A stretch of DNA of 64,000 nt, from positions 7,688,001 to 7,752,000 of the forward strand of contig JBHGNT010000022.1 in the NCBI GenBank assembly GCA_043228905.1, written 5' to 3'. Each line of letters begins with the position of its first letter. Within the stretch, counting starts at the first letter, position 1. The notes under the pieces are model-generated. The model was not told the origin of the DNA and ran no database searches. It worked only from the letters and a program-made list of their open reading frames with translations. Positions 12,890 to 26,654 of this stretch are shown in pieces. This stretch comes from Azolla caroliniana (Eukaryota > Plantae > Polypodiophyta). Made by a program: the position numbers and the translations under genes.

Positions 12890-15800
12890 TCTTCTTCTTC
12901 TTCTGCCTGGATTGTTTCTGGTTCATTGGCCTCATCTTCCAGAATCGGGTCGGAGTCGGGAGTCGGTAGAGAGTACCATGATACCGACTCATCAAATTCG
13001 AGATCTCGGCTCACTCGAACTTGTTTTGTTCGAGGGTTATAGAACTTATAACCCTTTTGCTCAAGTGAGTAACCGACAAGGATACACTTCTCCAACTTCG
13101 GGTCTAGCTTCCTCCGCTTCTCATCGGCACATGCACATATGCAATGCTACCGAATATCCTAAGGTGCCTTAAATTCGGCTTTCGTCTGAAATATAGCTTG
13201 TGTGCTGACACCTTATCCCCGATCTAGTTCTAGATATAAACTGTCGTCCGGACGGCTTCGGCCCAGTAGAACTTGGGCGTGCTCTTCTCCTCCACCATTG
13301 CTCATGCCGCCTCCACAATTGAACGGATCTTTCTTTCGGCCACAACATTCTGTTCCGGTGTGTATCTGCAACTGAATTCTCTCTAAATTCCCTTTTCTTA
13401 TAGATAACTGTTGAATTGGCTGGAAAAGTATTCTTTTCCCATCCGACAAGACTTTGTAGGTTCCAAAAACAGTTGAAGACTTCACTTTTCTTCTTAATGA
13501 GATATATCCACATTTGCCGCTTGCAGTCGTCGATGAAGGAGACGAAATATCGGTTTCCACCAAGACTAACATTCTGTGTCAGTCCCCATTCATCCGAATG
13601 TATCAAATCAAGCTTGTTACGGCTCCGGTTTCTTTTGGTGGGGAGCAGAAGCCGGAGTTGCTTTTTGAGCTGGTAGGCTTCACAAATTTGGGCCTTCTGG
13701 CCACTGAATTTCTACAATCCGAAAACAATTGGTTTCGATTGCAGGTCTTGAAGCCTCTGATAGTTGATGTGGCCGATCCACTTGTGCCACAAGGTGATAT
13801 TCGACTCAACTTTCTGTCCTTTTGCGAACAAGGCAGTGCCTACGTTGTTGGTGTCGATGATGAACATCCTCCTGTCCTGGTGCCCTTGCACGATGATCCA
13901 GCCTTCTTCCTCAATGAAGCACCCGAGATGCGTAAATTGCACTTGAATTCCTTGGTCCACGATCTGCCCGATAAAGACCAGGTTCTTTGTGATTGTCAGG
14001 ACGTGAAGCACATTCATAAGATTCCGTTGTTGTCTGACATGATTCAAGGGGACTTCTCGAACATGCACTTTCGGTTGAGGAGTGTTGTCTCCGGTTTTGA
14101 CAACTCTTGGTTCCTCCGAATTTTCCAAAAACGAGAACCACTCTTCGTGGCTCGTCATGTGGTTAGATGCTCCGGAGTCAACGTACCACACTTCCTCCGA
14201 ACCGTAAGTGGTCTTATTCATTGAGTTCATCACAAAGGCTTGCCCTTTTCTAGTCTTTCCGGTTCCGGATCCTTCTGATCCTTCTGCGTCGTGTGAGCTT
14301 TGTTCGTACCCTTGTCCGGCCTTATTGGATCCGGATTGATCCGAATCGGTGTGCTTCTTCCAACACTCGCTGTCCTAGTGGCCTTTCTTGCCACACTACC
14401 AACATTCCGTGTTAGTCTTCCCTTGCCGGTTTCCGGTGCTGATTTGACTCGCCCTGCTTGTGGGGGCTCCGGAACTGTTATCGACACTTTCTCTGTGCGT
14501 CCGATTCTACTCTTGCCGGCTGCTGCTATTGCATTCTGACCCACCTCATCCTCCACGCCCACGAGGCCGATCCGCCTCTGTGTACAACATTCAGCTGACC
14601 GATTGAGTGGCCCTTGACCCACTCATGTCGTTTTCTTCGACCATCAGCATCGATTGCAGGTCAAAGAAGGACAATGGCTTCTCCTGAGTGCAAATTTCCA
14701 TCTGGATTGGTTCGTACCGGTGTGCTAGACCACGAAGGAAGATCTGGACCATCTCGTCCTCATCCATCGTTAGGTTGATGGACACGAGCACGTCACAGAT
14801 CTCCTTGATCTTGGTGGTGTAGTCGGTGACCGACATGTCCCATTGCCCGATACTATTGACCTCTTGTCGAAGCTGCAACTTCCAAGCTGTGGTACTTGCG
14901 GCGAAAATTTTTCGGAGATTTTCCCAGGCCTCCTTCGGTCACTTTGCGTCTTTGATGTAGCCGAGCATCTGGTTGTGCACATAGGACGCGAAGCAGTACA
15001 ATACCCTGCTCGCTCCTTGCTCCCATATGGGGAAGTCATTGTCTGCTGAATCCCAAGATGCTTCATTTGATCCTTCCATGTAGCTCCAATATCCATGCCC
15101 CAGTAGGTATTGGTGCATTTTATATGACCAGGACGCATAGTTGCTCCAGTCGAGCTTTTCTATTAGAAGCGAGCTTACCATACTTCTGTCTATTCTTTCT
15201 TCGGTACGTTTCTTCTACCGGAAGTTAGGTTTTCGTCAATCTAACGTTTTCTATCGGCTGCAAAGGATTTCAACCCTCACGCTCCGATACCATGTAAAAG
15301 GTAATATGCGGAAGCTTAGATAAATCGGCTCAGACGGATAACAATAGTAGAACAAAAATGAAGGTTTCTGAAGCTTAATAATACACAATACACGGGAGAG
15401 ATAGACAGAGCAGAACATCATAAACTCAATTCCAAATAATAACACTCTATACATACAAATGTCCTACAAAACACTTTATATACAAGTGCTTAAAAGGACT
15501 GACAGAAGTACTAACATGTACTTCAATGCTCATACGAGCGACTAACACCAACTCCAAGGAATATGCCTACATACTAGGCTTAGACCATACGCTCCAACGG
15601 CCTACTGGTTCCTACTATTCCGGAGTACGATTTGGTTCTCATGTCCGGCTCTAGGTTCTGGATACAAATATATCCGGACACCTATCCAGTTCTCTGTTCT
15701 GCATACCGATCTGACTCTAGCTTTTTCAGCCAATCCGGATATAGTTCAGCTTGCCCATTGAACACACATGCACGTTGGCAAGACAACCGAACGACCTCAG

Positions 15801-16644
15801 GTGTTGGTGCGACACGTCTTTGCCGGTCCACACTCTCTGTGGAACATCTCCATACAAGGGCACTAAGGGCAATCTATTTATTACGTACGTTATCGTCATC
15901 AATGCCTCAACCCAGAATGTCATGCACAACTTGGGATGTGCTAACATACTTTGGACCCTATCCATTATGGTCCAGTTCATCGTCTTGGCCAACTCGTTAA
16001 GCTCTAGTGTTTTTGGTAGTGTGTACCCGAGCCAAATACCTTTGGTTTGGCAGTACTATTCGAATTGCCTGCTGTCGTGCCTTTCGGTGCTGGATCGTTG
16101 CGTGAGTCGGGTGGGAACTGCAGGGGTTTTGGACTAGGAGGAGGAGAACTCTAAAACAGATAGGAATGTGAATAGATTGTAACAAAGAGATAGAAATTCG
16201 TGAATCCCACGAATATAATTTTTTAGTTTTATTAATATTTAACCCTAATAATACCCAAGTAAGAATCAACACCCTTTACATATAGAGAAAACTCATGAAT
16301 CCCACGAGTATAGTGTATTAATCGGTATTTAGAAACGTACTCAATTTCCAAAGATTCCAACCCCCAAATTACATCTTGTCCCCATCCTTATATAGTGATG
16401 GGAGAGGATTAACAATTCATGCTTTTTTTCTAACTATGGACTCCACGCTTTCTCTATCTATAGACTATATGATTTCTCTAACATACTTCTTCTAAAAGTG
16501 ATCATGCCTTTTCTAACCTCATGTGTTTTTTTTATCAACAATAGTGTTCATGCACTCTATGTGTAAAAGTAGCTTTTCCTAAAAAATATACGTGAAATAA
16601 CCTTTGTATATGGGATATCTTCTTTTTTAATACTTAAAATGTGT

Positions 16645-16697
16645 TAGTATAATGGTAAAGCTACAAATTATTAACATGGAGGTACAAGGTTTGAATC
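16645..16697 (+). promoter_or_regulatory. tRNA-like A/B-box module in LTR X (also 32329-32381, 35111-35163, and 7015-7067 on -)
   Basis: TAGTATAATGG (16645) ... GGTTTGAATC (16688). Confidence 0.55.
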
Positions 16698-16790
16698 TTG
16701 CCTTATGCAGAAAAAATAATATATATTTTAATATTTTCTTCATATTTATTGAATAGGGCACTTTATACGTTTTTCATGTAGTGTACAAAA

Positions 16791-19700
16791 TGACAAGAAC
16801 TACACACTCCGATGAACACCGCTCGGCCACAACCGGGCTTAGAATCAAACACAGAAAACGGGAATGAAAGACACGACACAAAGCAGAGAAGAGTGCACAG
16901 GATGTTTAACGTGGAAAACCCTGAGAGGGAAAAACCACGGGAGTCCACAGACTCCAAACTATCCTTATATAAGAATGTACAATAGTGGAGCACCGAGGCA
17001 ACGACCTCGAGCTTGCTATCTTCGCCACAGGCGGCGGTTAAAACAGAGGCAACGACCTCTTCATTTCTTTCTCTCTCTCACTCTCTGTACACTGTTGCGC
17101 TCTAATCTTGCGGCTACAAGAATGACAACAACTATCAATGAGTTTGCCCTAAGTCATATTTATACTAATATGACTTTTCGGCTATTTAGAAATATAGCCC
17201 CGATTGACTCTGAGAAGACATATTTACGAATATGTCCCTTCATCCGGTGAGCGCTCCTCACCGGGCCGGCATCATCCAGATCTTGCCGGGTACTCCTCAT
17301 CCGGTTCTCACCGGGTCTTTCGTAGCTGGGTACTCCTCATCCGGTTCTCATCGGGCCTTCCGTAGTTAGGTACTCCTCATCCGGTTTCGGCCTCGGCCGA
17401 GTTTGCTCATTAGTATTGTTCTTCTCATTTCCCATCCGGAGGGACCTAATTCCTAACAAAATCCCCCTTCACTCCGGCATGGGATGTCTTACTAGTCCGA
17501 CTCGCTTTCGGCATGCATCCAGCTTGTCGGGTATCAGTACTTTGGTCAGCATATCTGACCCGTTCTCGGCCGTGTGGATCTTCGTCAGCGCGAACTCCTG
17601 GTCATCTACTCTTTCCCGGATCCAGTGATACCTACGTTGGATATGCTTCGTCCGGGAATGGTAGGCCGCATTCTTAGCGAGGTGGATGGCACTTTGACTG
17701 TCGCAATAGAGCCGGTATTCATCTTGCTGGATACCGAGCTCTCTGATGAAGTCCTTCATCCATAATATTTCCTTGCCGGCTTCCACAGCCGCCATGTATT
17801 CCGCCTCCATGGTTGACAATGCAACCGTCTTCTACAGCCTCGACTGCCACGAAAGAGCTCCCCCTGCATATGTCATTACATACCCGGATGTAGACCGGCT
17901 GGTATCCACATCAGCCGACATGTCCGAATCGGTAAAACCGTCAAGTTGAGGTTTTTCGGAGCCGAATCGGAGTCACATGTTCGAAGTGCCCTTCAAGTAC
18001 CGGAGTATCCATTTGACCGCGTTCCAGTGCTCCTTGCCGGGATTGCTCATAAACCGGCTCACCACTCCGATTGCGTATCCTATATCCGGTCGGGTACACA
18101 CCATTGCGTACATTAAGCTCCCGACGGCAGAGGCATATGGAACCTTCATCATATCCGCCTTCTCTGCTTTCGTCTTCGGGCTTTGCTTACCGGATAACCT
18201 ACAGTTTGCCGGAAGTGTCGATCCGACCGGTTTCGCATCTGACATGTTGAACCGTTGAAGCACCTTTGTCACGTATTTCTCCTGTGACAGCCACAGTTGC
18301 TTCGTTGGCCGGTTCCGGATGATATGCATCCCCAACATCTATCTTTCCGGACCCCAGTCTTTCATTGAGAAGGTCCGGTTGAGTGCCTTCTTCAACATCC
18401 ATATTTTGGCTTGGTCCCGTCCGACAATCAACATGTCGTCCACGTACAGAAGGAGTATCAGGAAGTCGCCTCCTTCGAACTTCTTCACAAACACGTAGTG
18501 ATCGGCCTGCGTCTTGTGGTACCCTTGATCGATCATGAAGGAGTCGAACTTCCGGTACCATTGTCGGGGATCCTGCTTCAGTCCGTACAGGGTCTTCTTC
18601 AACCGGCAAACCAGGTGCTCCTTCCCTTTCTCCGCGAATCCTTCCGGTTGTTGCATGTAGATCTCCTCTTCGAGGTCACCATGAAGGAATGCCGTGTTTA
18701 CGTCCAGCTGCTCTACCTCGAGGTCCATGCTTGCCGCTATACTCAGCACCGTCTGGATGGAGGTCATCTTTACTACCGGGGCAAATATCTCGTCGAAGTC
18801 CACGCCCTTCTTCTGCTGGAACCCCTTCACCACGATCCTAGCTTTGTATCTTGGGGGGTTGCCGGCATCTCCCGATTTCAACTTGTACACCCACTTGTTT
18901 CGGAGTGCCCGCTTTCCTTTCGGCAACTCCACCAATTCGTACGTATGGTTCTCATGTAGGGAATCCATCTCATCCTGCATGGCACTTAACCATTTGCGGC
19001 TGTGGGTGTCACTTTTAGCTTCCTCGAAGCTTTCTGGCTCCCCCTCATCGGTCAGCAACACATGCTCTACATCCGGAAATCTCCGGGGGGCCCTTCTCTC
19101 TCTGAGAGGATATCTCTGTCTTTGGGCTTCGGTAACCGGCTCCTCCATTTGCTCTTCATCCGAATCTGATTCGGGGTCTTGGCCGGTTCCGGTTCCATCT
19201 TCCTCTACTTCTTCTGCCGGTTCGGTATCCTCACCATAACCGGCTGGTTCCTCGAGTGCTAACCGGTTTCTTGTCGGTTGGGTCTGCTCATCGTAGAATC
19301 GATCCTTACCGGTCGACTCGGAGTTCATTATCTTCTTCTTCTCTGACTCCCAGTCAACGAGCGTCTTGTCCTCCATGAAGATAATATCTCGACTCCGGAT
19401 TACCATCTTGTTGACCGGGTCCCACACTCAGTAGCCGAACTCATCGTCGCCGTAACCGAGGAATATGCATGGCCAGGTCTTTGGATCTAACTTTCCTCTC
19501 CGGTCCTTAGCTACATGCACGTACGCGAGACACCCGAACACCTTTAGATGCCGGTAGGATACTTCCTTACCGGTCCATACTCTCTGCGGCGTGTCTCTGT
19601 CCAAGGGTACTGAGGGTGATCTGTTTATCACATATGTCGCCGTCGACAGTGCCTCAACCCAAAACTTCTTAAGTAGTGTTGCATGCGCCAGCATCCTCCG

Positions 19701-22174
19701 AACCCTCTCCATTATGGTCCGGTTCATCCTCTCGGCTAGCCCGTTTAGTTCCGGCGTCTTCGGCACGGTAAATTCGAGCCGGATTCCCTTCGAGCGGGAG
19801 TACTCCTCGAACTGCCCCCGGTATTCTCCTCCGTTATCTGCTCGAACCGCCTTCAGCTTCCGGCCGGTTTCTCTTTCCACTCTCGCGTGGAGCTCTTTGA
19901 GGACGGATAACACCTGATCCTTCGTCTTCAACAGTGTGGCCCACAGCTTCCGGCTGTGGTCATCTCTGAACGTCAGGAAGTACTGCGATCCTGCATGTGA
20001 CTTCGTGTCCACTTGATACACATCAGTATGCACAAACTCCAGTGGTGCATTACGTCTCATCGGTGGCCTTGGTCGGAAGGAGGTCCGGTTTTGCTTACCG
20101 GCCAGACAATTAGTGCACTTCTCCAAGTTCATGTTCTTCACTGGAATGAGGTTGTCGTCTGCAAGCCTCTTCATCCCCTTCTCGCTCATGTGACACAGCC
20201 TCCTGTGCCACAGCTCACGGGCAGTGTCGGATGCCACATTCACTTCCTCCGGACATAACCGGGCATTCATCAGGTACAACGTGTTTACCTTCCAGGACCG
20301 AGCCACAATCAGGCTCCCTTTGCTGAACTTCATAACACCGTTCCAGATGCTACCCGTGTAGCCTTCATCATCTAGCCGACCGACTGATATAAGGTTCAGA
20401 TGAACCTCCGGAACGTGTCGGACATCCTTCAGCAGCAGCTTGCATCTGGTCGGTGTCGCGAGCCACACGTCTCCTATGCCGACAATTCGGCATGTACCTT
20501 CATTCCCCATCCGGACACAGTCGTGATCACCGGCTGAGTAGGATGAGAAGCATTTCCGGTCCGGGGTAAGGTGGAACGACGCTCCGGAGTCGACCACCCA
20601 GGTCATCTCGTCGCCGGCAAGGTTTATCTCACTCTCCTCGGTGATGAGCATCAACTCTTCTTCACTTGCCGCGATTGCCGTTGTCCCCTTCCGGTCCGTT
20701 CCCCTCCGGTCTTTACCGTTTCGGTCCGGTGTCCGCTTTGAATTGGTACGATCGGTTTCCTTGTCTTTTCGGAAGTGCCGATAGTTCTTCTGGAAGTGTC
20801 CCGGCTTGCCGCAATAGAAGTAAGTAGGCCCTCCCCTTCACTTTGACCGTGTCCCCGACTTTTCCCGGTTTTGGGGACTACGGTTCCTTTGTCTTCCGCG
20901 TTCTGATTCGGTAAGGAGCACTTTGGAGTCGGAGCTCGTATCCTTATCTTTCCGACGTGCCTCCTCATCTAGCAAGCTCAACTTCACTCTTTCTAGGGAT
21001 AACCGTTTCCCTTCCGGCCCGGCGTTGCCCAAGGTGACAACCAATGTCTCCCAGCTATCTGGGAGGGAACCGAGCAGGAGTAGTGCTAGTACCTCATTGG
21101 CAAGAGGTACTTCCAATGATGTTTCCTAGTGGATCAGACCCTGGAAGGCATTCATGTGCTCCGCCATGCTGGAGCCATCTTGGTACCGGAGTCTTACTAG
21201 CTTCCGGAATACCGAAACCTGGTTAACAACATTTTTGTTCTAAAACATAATGCCGATCTTCTCCCAGAGCTCATGAGCCTTGCTCTCTTGTTTGAAGTTG
21301 TTGTATAGGCTCATGTCGATGAAACACCGTATGTACGCCGTTGTCTTCATGTGCATCACCTCCCATATCGCGGCGTCGATTTTGTCCGATCTCTTGTCCC
21401 CGAACTGAACCGGCAACCAAAGGTCTTTAACCACGAGCATGTCCCTCGTCTTCGAGTTCCACACCGAATAGTTGGAGACAGTGAGCTTGAACATGCCTCC
21501 CAATGAATCGTCCATTTTTCTGTGTTGCCTCGCTCTGATACCACTTTGACAGGAACTACACGCTCCGATGAACACCGCTCGGCCACAACCGGGCTTAGAA
21601 TCAAACACAGAAAACAGGAATGAAAGACATGACACAAAGGAGAGAAGAGTGCACATGATGTTTAACGTGGAAAACCCTGAGAGGGAAAAACCATGGGAGT
21701 CCACAGACTCCAAACTATCCCTATATAAGAATGTACAATAGTGGAGCACCGAGGCAACGACCTTGAGCTTGCTATCTTCGCCACAGGCGGCGGTTACAAC
21801 AGAGGCAACGACCTCTTCGTTTCTTTCTCTCTCTCACTCTCTGTACACTGTTGCGCTCTAATCTTGTGCCTACAAGAATGACAACAACTATCAATGAGTT
21901 TGCCCTAAGTCATATTTATACTAATATGACTTTTCGGCTATTTAGAAATATAGCCCGGATTGACTCTGAGAAGACATATTTACGAATATGTCCCTTCATC
22001 CGGTGAGCGCTCCTCACCGGGCATGCATCATCCGGATCTTTGTGGGTACTCCTCATCCGGTTCTCACCGCGTCTTCTGTAGCTGGGTACTCCTCATCCAG
22101 TTTCGGCCTCGGCCGAGTTTGCTCATTAGTACTGTTCTTCTCATTTCCCATCCGGAGGGACCTGTTTCCTAACA
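16791..22174 (-). mobile_element. Copia C1 (Tnt1/Tork-like), full-length with nonsense mutations
   Basis: LTRs 16791-17458 and 21547-22174, TSD CAAAA, PBS TGGTATCAGAGC (21532-21543), PPT 17461-17469. Gag, CCHC, protease VVDSGAS, integrase, RT LYVDD and RNaseH lie in ORFs 17469-21749. Confidence 0.96.
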
Positions 22175-22978
22175 CAAAATACACTTTATGACACCGCGGT
22201 AGTCGCCCCCATTGTTCTCTCAGAGTACTTTCAAATTTCGGTCGGTCTCCCTCTTGACTTTCGCTTGGAACTTGTTGAAGACGGATAACATCTGGTCCTT
22301 CGTCTTCAATACCAAAACCCACAATGTCCGACTATAGTCATCGATGAAGGTCACAAAATACTGTGAACCAGCATGTTACTTCGTGTCCACATAACATACA
22401 CATGTATGCACGAGTTCCAACAACATTTCCTTCCTCATCGGGGGCCTAGTTCGGAAAGAGTTTCTATTTTGCTTGTCGGCCAAGCAATGAGTGCACTTCT
22501 CTAGGTGCACATTCTTCACCACCAAAATGAGGTTGTCATCAGCAAGTCTTCACATTCCCTTCTCGGTCATATGGCACATCATCCTGTGCGACAGTTTTCC
22601 GAAAGTGTCAATTGCCACATTCACTTCCTCTCGACATAATCGAGCATGCATCAAATACAATGTGTTGGTTTTCCGATCTTAGGCCACAATCAAGCTCCCA
22701 TTGCAGAACTTCATGACTCCGTTCCGGATGCTAACATTGCACAATCTTCTTCTAGAGGACGTAGGTACTCATCTCTTTATCAAAGTTGTTGTATAGACTC
22801 ATTTCTATAAAACATCTTATGTATGTAGTTGACTTCAGATGCATGACTTCCCAAGTTGATGCATCGATCTTTTCTAGCTTCGTCTTTCAGTATTGCATCG
22901 GCAACCACAACTTGTTGCACATGAACATATCCCGCATCTTCCAGCTCGTTGCACACGAACAACTCGTTGCACACGAAC

Positions 22979-24160
22979 AGATAGATAGATAGATTATATT
23001 ATCGTCTTCGGAGGTCAAATATGACCTATGACACCAAAAATATTACATTTCACGTGATACGTGTGAAAGTGAGTAGTGACTCTCGATGTTCAAGAAATTT
23101 ACCAATGGATGTTGTAATCGAGAGTGCACATTGTGGTTGTGAGAGGAATTCATGCAAGGATTGGGCTCGGTCGAAGAGATGTGGAAAACATGGTCTAATG
23201 TGATCAAAGGGAGAGCATTGTATCAAAGTGTGATACTCAGAATCGTGAACTTGTTTAGGGCAAAGTGTGCATAGCCAACCACTCTCATCACCTATGCTTG
23301 AACGCCATGTCTCACATCGCAATGCATGTGAGCTAAGTCGCATGGAAGCAATGGTTTGAATGGTAGATAACGGTATGGGCTCAAACATGTATCAATGTGT
23401 ATGATTTCCCCGTTCCGCAGAGAATATGGTTTTGTAGTTAGGTGCAACATCTGTAGTATAATGTGTGAAGCATGAGCCTCCACATTTGTCCCATGTCATG
23501 ATACATTGGTGTTGCAAAAAGGCCTCATTTACAGAGGAATCTAATGATGCATCATGAAGCAAGTGTCTCGCGGGTGTCTCGCATCCCATCTACTAAACCA
23601 TTTTTCTATATCTTGCATCCAACTGGAACACACAATTTTGCTTTTATGCGTCTTTTGGATCTTTTTGCTTGCTTCCCATGCAATTCTAGGAAGTCGATGT
23701 GAGGGAATTTTTTGAACCTTAAACATGTATTCAACAACCCTTTCCATGGCCATGATCTGAATGGGAAGCGATCCCGTCTCAAGGAGGAGGAGGGTATAGG
23801 GCATTTGTTTCTTAACTTGTAGAAACTTTGTAAGAAAATGTTTTTAGACATTTTCAAACTCTTTCCACATAGATTTAGGGATGCTACTGCCCCATACTTC
23901 TACCCCATAGAGAAGAACCGGTGTCACCAAAGTGTCAAAAAGATATTTCTTGAGGACTCAACATTTAATATCTCAAAGATTGCATGTGTTCTCAATGCAT
24001 AGTATGCTCGTTTACCCTTCTCTAAGCGACGTGTAGCACATTCATTCCATCTATGATTTGAAGGAACTTCAAGGCCAAGATATTTGAAGCTTTCCACACA
24101 TTCAAGTGGCTCATTGTTGTACATAATGCATGGTTTATCTCTTTTTTGGCTCTTCACAAG
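22979..24160 (-). mobile_element. LINE 3' portion (RT C-terminus and CCHC finger; RTE-X-like) with (TATC)n tail
   Basis: VESFKYLGL (23924-24256), LLLLETGSLPI (23541-23804), and RLSSHALRCETWR..LCTLC..EYHTLIQC (23050-23388); GATA repeats at 22979-22994. Confidence 0.8.

Positions 24161-24162
<2 letters not shown>

Positions 24163-24221
<59 letters not shown>
24163..24221. repeat. (GA)n microsatellite
   Basis: Perfect GA run. Other GA/CT tracts lie at 6439, 8002, 12733 and 26333. Confidence 0.95.
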
Positions 24222-24224
<3 letters not shown>

Positions 24225-24412
24225 CAAAGTATGTTAGCACATGCCAAGTTGTCCATGACATTCTAGGTTGAGGCATTGATGACGGCCATTAGCACCCTTG
24301 GACGGAGATGTTCCACAGAGTTCTCCTCCTCCTAGTCCAAAACCCCTGCGGTTCCCACCCGACTCATGCAACGATCCAACACCGAAAGGCACGACAACAG
24401 GCAATTCAAATA
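24221..24412 (+). repeat. Two-segment inverted filler copied from ~31562-31665 and ~31760-31855
   Basis: The reverse complement of 24221-24320 nearly equals 31562-31662, including a deletion private to that copy; 24320-24412 matches the Copia A/LTR X junction. Confidence 0.85.
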
Positions 24413-26225
24413 AGTAGGGGTGGGGTAAGAAGAGTGGAGGGTTATAAGTATGTGTATGCTAAGTAATAAGTGGGGGTGGGCTATGAAAAACAGGAGATTA
24501 TGCTAAGTAATAAGTGGGGGGTTATAAGTAAGTAAGTGTATAGTATTAAGTAAGAGATTTTGGGGATGACCTTCTATATTTAGTGTTGACCAAAAAAGAG
24601 TGAATGGACTCAGACTTAGTCCAACACACAAAAGGTCTAGGTATCTTAGATAGTTTGGGATCTATAAGTAAGTCCTCATGGAGGTTTTTTAGCATGTCGT
24701 GAATTCCTATCCTAGGGGTATCTCGTGTATATCTAAGTTTGAACATAATATGTAGAAGAGTACTTTTGGGTTTCCTACTATATATTAGTGATTTCCTAGC
24801 ACTAAACGGGTCATTTTTATAATTCTCTTTTATGAATGAAGGGGGATATCCTCTCTTAATTGGTGTAGTAAAAAATAGTCTTTTCATTCGACGAAAACCT
24901 AAAGGAGTGCTCTTTCTATTTAGGTATCGTTTTAGTTCATTAATAGTAAAATGTCTTTTTAAATGAAGGGGGTGTTCTGACAAGAACGAGAGATATTGGT
25001 AAGCATTTTGGGGCTTTTGGTAGCAATTAAAGAAGAATTTTGAGTTTTCTAGGGTTAATGCATAAGTCTAGGAAGGGTAATCTAGAGGGGGAAGTGGTGA
25101 TGGTAAGTTTGATACAATTATTAGTGGAGGTATTATAGAGTTGAAGGTAATTTTCTAACTCAAGTTTAATACCCGTCCATATTCCAAAAGCATCATCAAT
25201 ATATCTAGTGAAAAAGCAAAGATTTGGGTGTGATGGTTGTGAACTCTCTAAGTGAGCTAAGAAAAGGCAAGCATATACTACGGAAATATTACTACCCATG
25301 GTTGTACCCTTTACTTGTTGATAGATCACGTCGTCAAAAGAGAGAAAATGATATTCTAATGTGTGTGCACTAAGTGTATAAATAAGGTTAGTTTTAGAAG
25401 TCGAAAAATGGGGGCTAATGAATTTTCATAAGGCTTCATGACCTGGCTTAGGGGGGATGCTAGGATATAATGATTCAACATCAAAGGTAAAGATAAAGCT
25501 ATTAGGGGGTCGTTTGAGATGTTCTAGAGTTTGGATAAGGGAGTGTGAGTCTTTCAAATATTTTTTTTGAAGGAGAAGGAAAGCATGAGTTGGTGGTGAA
25601 GCCATTTAGACGTCTATTCAAAAAGAGAGTTATTATATGAAGAAATAGGTCTAAAGCCCATTGGGTTCTTGTGGAGTTTGGGGAGGAAGTAGAGATTTCA
25701 TACTTGGTACCCTGTTGAGGGCTTATGTAATATGTAGTTACCTTCTATGGTGGATAAGGTACCTAGATGGTTGTTTACAATGTTTTTAAGTCTATATGAT
25801 AACTCCTCAAGTGGATAGTGGGAAACTACTCTATAGGTATTAGAATCAGAAAGGTGTTCTACAACTTTGTTATAGTATGTGTCTTTGTTAAGAACACAAA
25901 CTCCAACGTTTTTATCTGTGGGTAAAATTATGATTCTATTGTTATTTTTAGGAGATCATAAGGCTTGTAATAAGGGGAGTGGAATCCTAGTGGGTTTTAA
26001 TTTGAGTGTATGAAGTGTATTACTAAAGAGAGTTTGGTGTTTAACTATAATGTTTTCTAGGGGTGTGTGTATTTAGTAGGGGGTTGCCAAGTAGGGTTAG
26101 GTAGTTTAAAGGGATTTAGGGGAGAATTATCCTCATCTTTGAAAAAGTGTTTAAGTTGGAGGGTCCTACTAAGGCTATCAAATTCTTTAAGTAGGGTAAT
26201 GTCAGGAACTCTATTAAGGCAGAGA
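24413..26225 (-). mobile_element. Penelope-like element RT core and C-terminus; no GIY-YIG domain
   Basis: Motifs SRTLQLKHFF, IIILPTDKNVG, YFLPKLHKNPMGFRPI, TFDVESLYPSIP, YQQVKGTTMGS..RYIDD..LPFLDL (25027-25329) and SEHP..ELKRY..RGYP..LV (24546-24983), followed by a stop. Several frameshifts. Confidence 0.85.
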
Positions 26226-26328
26226 AGGAATTAGTACTAAAAGAAGGATTAGTACTATTGTTGGGGAATAGTACTAAGACAGAGAAGGATTAGTACTATG
26301 AGAGGTGTCGAACTTTGAGAGAAGGAAT

Positions 26329-26372
<44 letters not shown>

Positions 26373-26598
26373 TGATGCGAAAGATATATGTATTATATGA
26401 CGGAAGATATACAACAGTAGTTAGAAGGCTTAAGACTGGCGTTGAACCGATTTGGTTCGAACTAATGCCTTGCGCCTCCTTTTATAGTGTCTTCAGGAAT
26501 ACTCCTGAAGTTTCTAGAATGTTCCAGAGAAATCTGGAATATACATCAATTTCCCAATAAAACCTAAATGAAAATAATATCCTTCAAATTACAATTCA

Positions 26599-26651
26599 TA
26601 CCCTAATGGTAAAGTCTCGACCCGTGTAACAAAAGGTTATGGGTTCGAGTC
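26599..26651 (+). promoter_or_regulatory. tRNA-like Pol III A/B-box module in the chromovirus LTR
   Basis: TACCCTAATGG (26599) ... GGTTCGAGTC (26642). Confidence 0.6.
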
Positions 26652-26654
26652 TAG

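Larger units (their letters stand above)
6559..15570 (-). mobile_element. Copia family B element lacking RT/RNaseH; interrupted by solo LTR X and Copia F
   Basis: 5' LTR ~15293-15570 and PBS TGGTATCGGAGC (15281-15292). Gag (14939-15181, 14591-14878), protease WYVDSGASNH (13712-14233) and integrase (12868-13606) follow; the integrase C-terminus (7790-7823) then runs straight into the 3' UTR and PPT. Confidence 0.75.
16073..22193 (-). mobile_element. Solo LTR X, split near its end by Copia C1
   Basis: Pieces 16073-16790 and 22175-22193; flanks CTGC/CCGC form a degenerate 4-bp TSD; homologous to 31777-32490. Confidence 0.85.
15570..22955 (-). mobile_element. Old Copia A fragment (integrase and partial gag), copy 1 of a triplicated unit
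   Basis: ORF 15726-15992 (IMDRVQSMLAH..FWVEAL..GDVPQRVWTGKDV) continues at 22194-22955 after LTR X. Collinear with 31555-33300 and 34030-34542. Confidence 0.75.
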
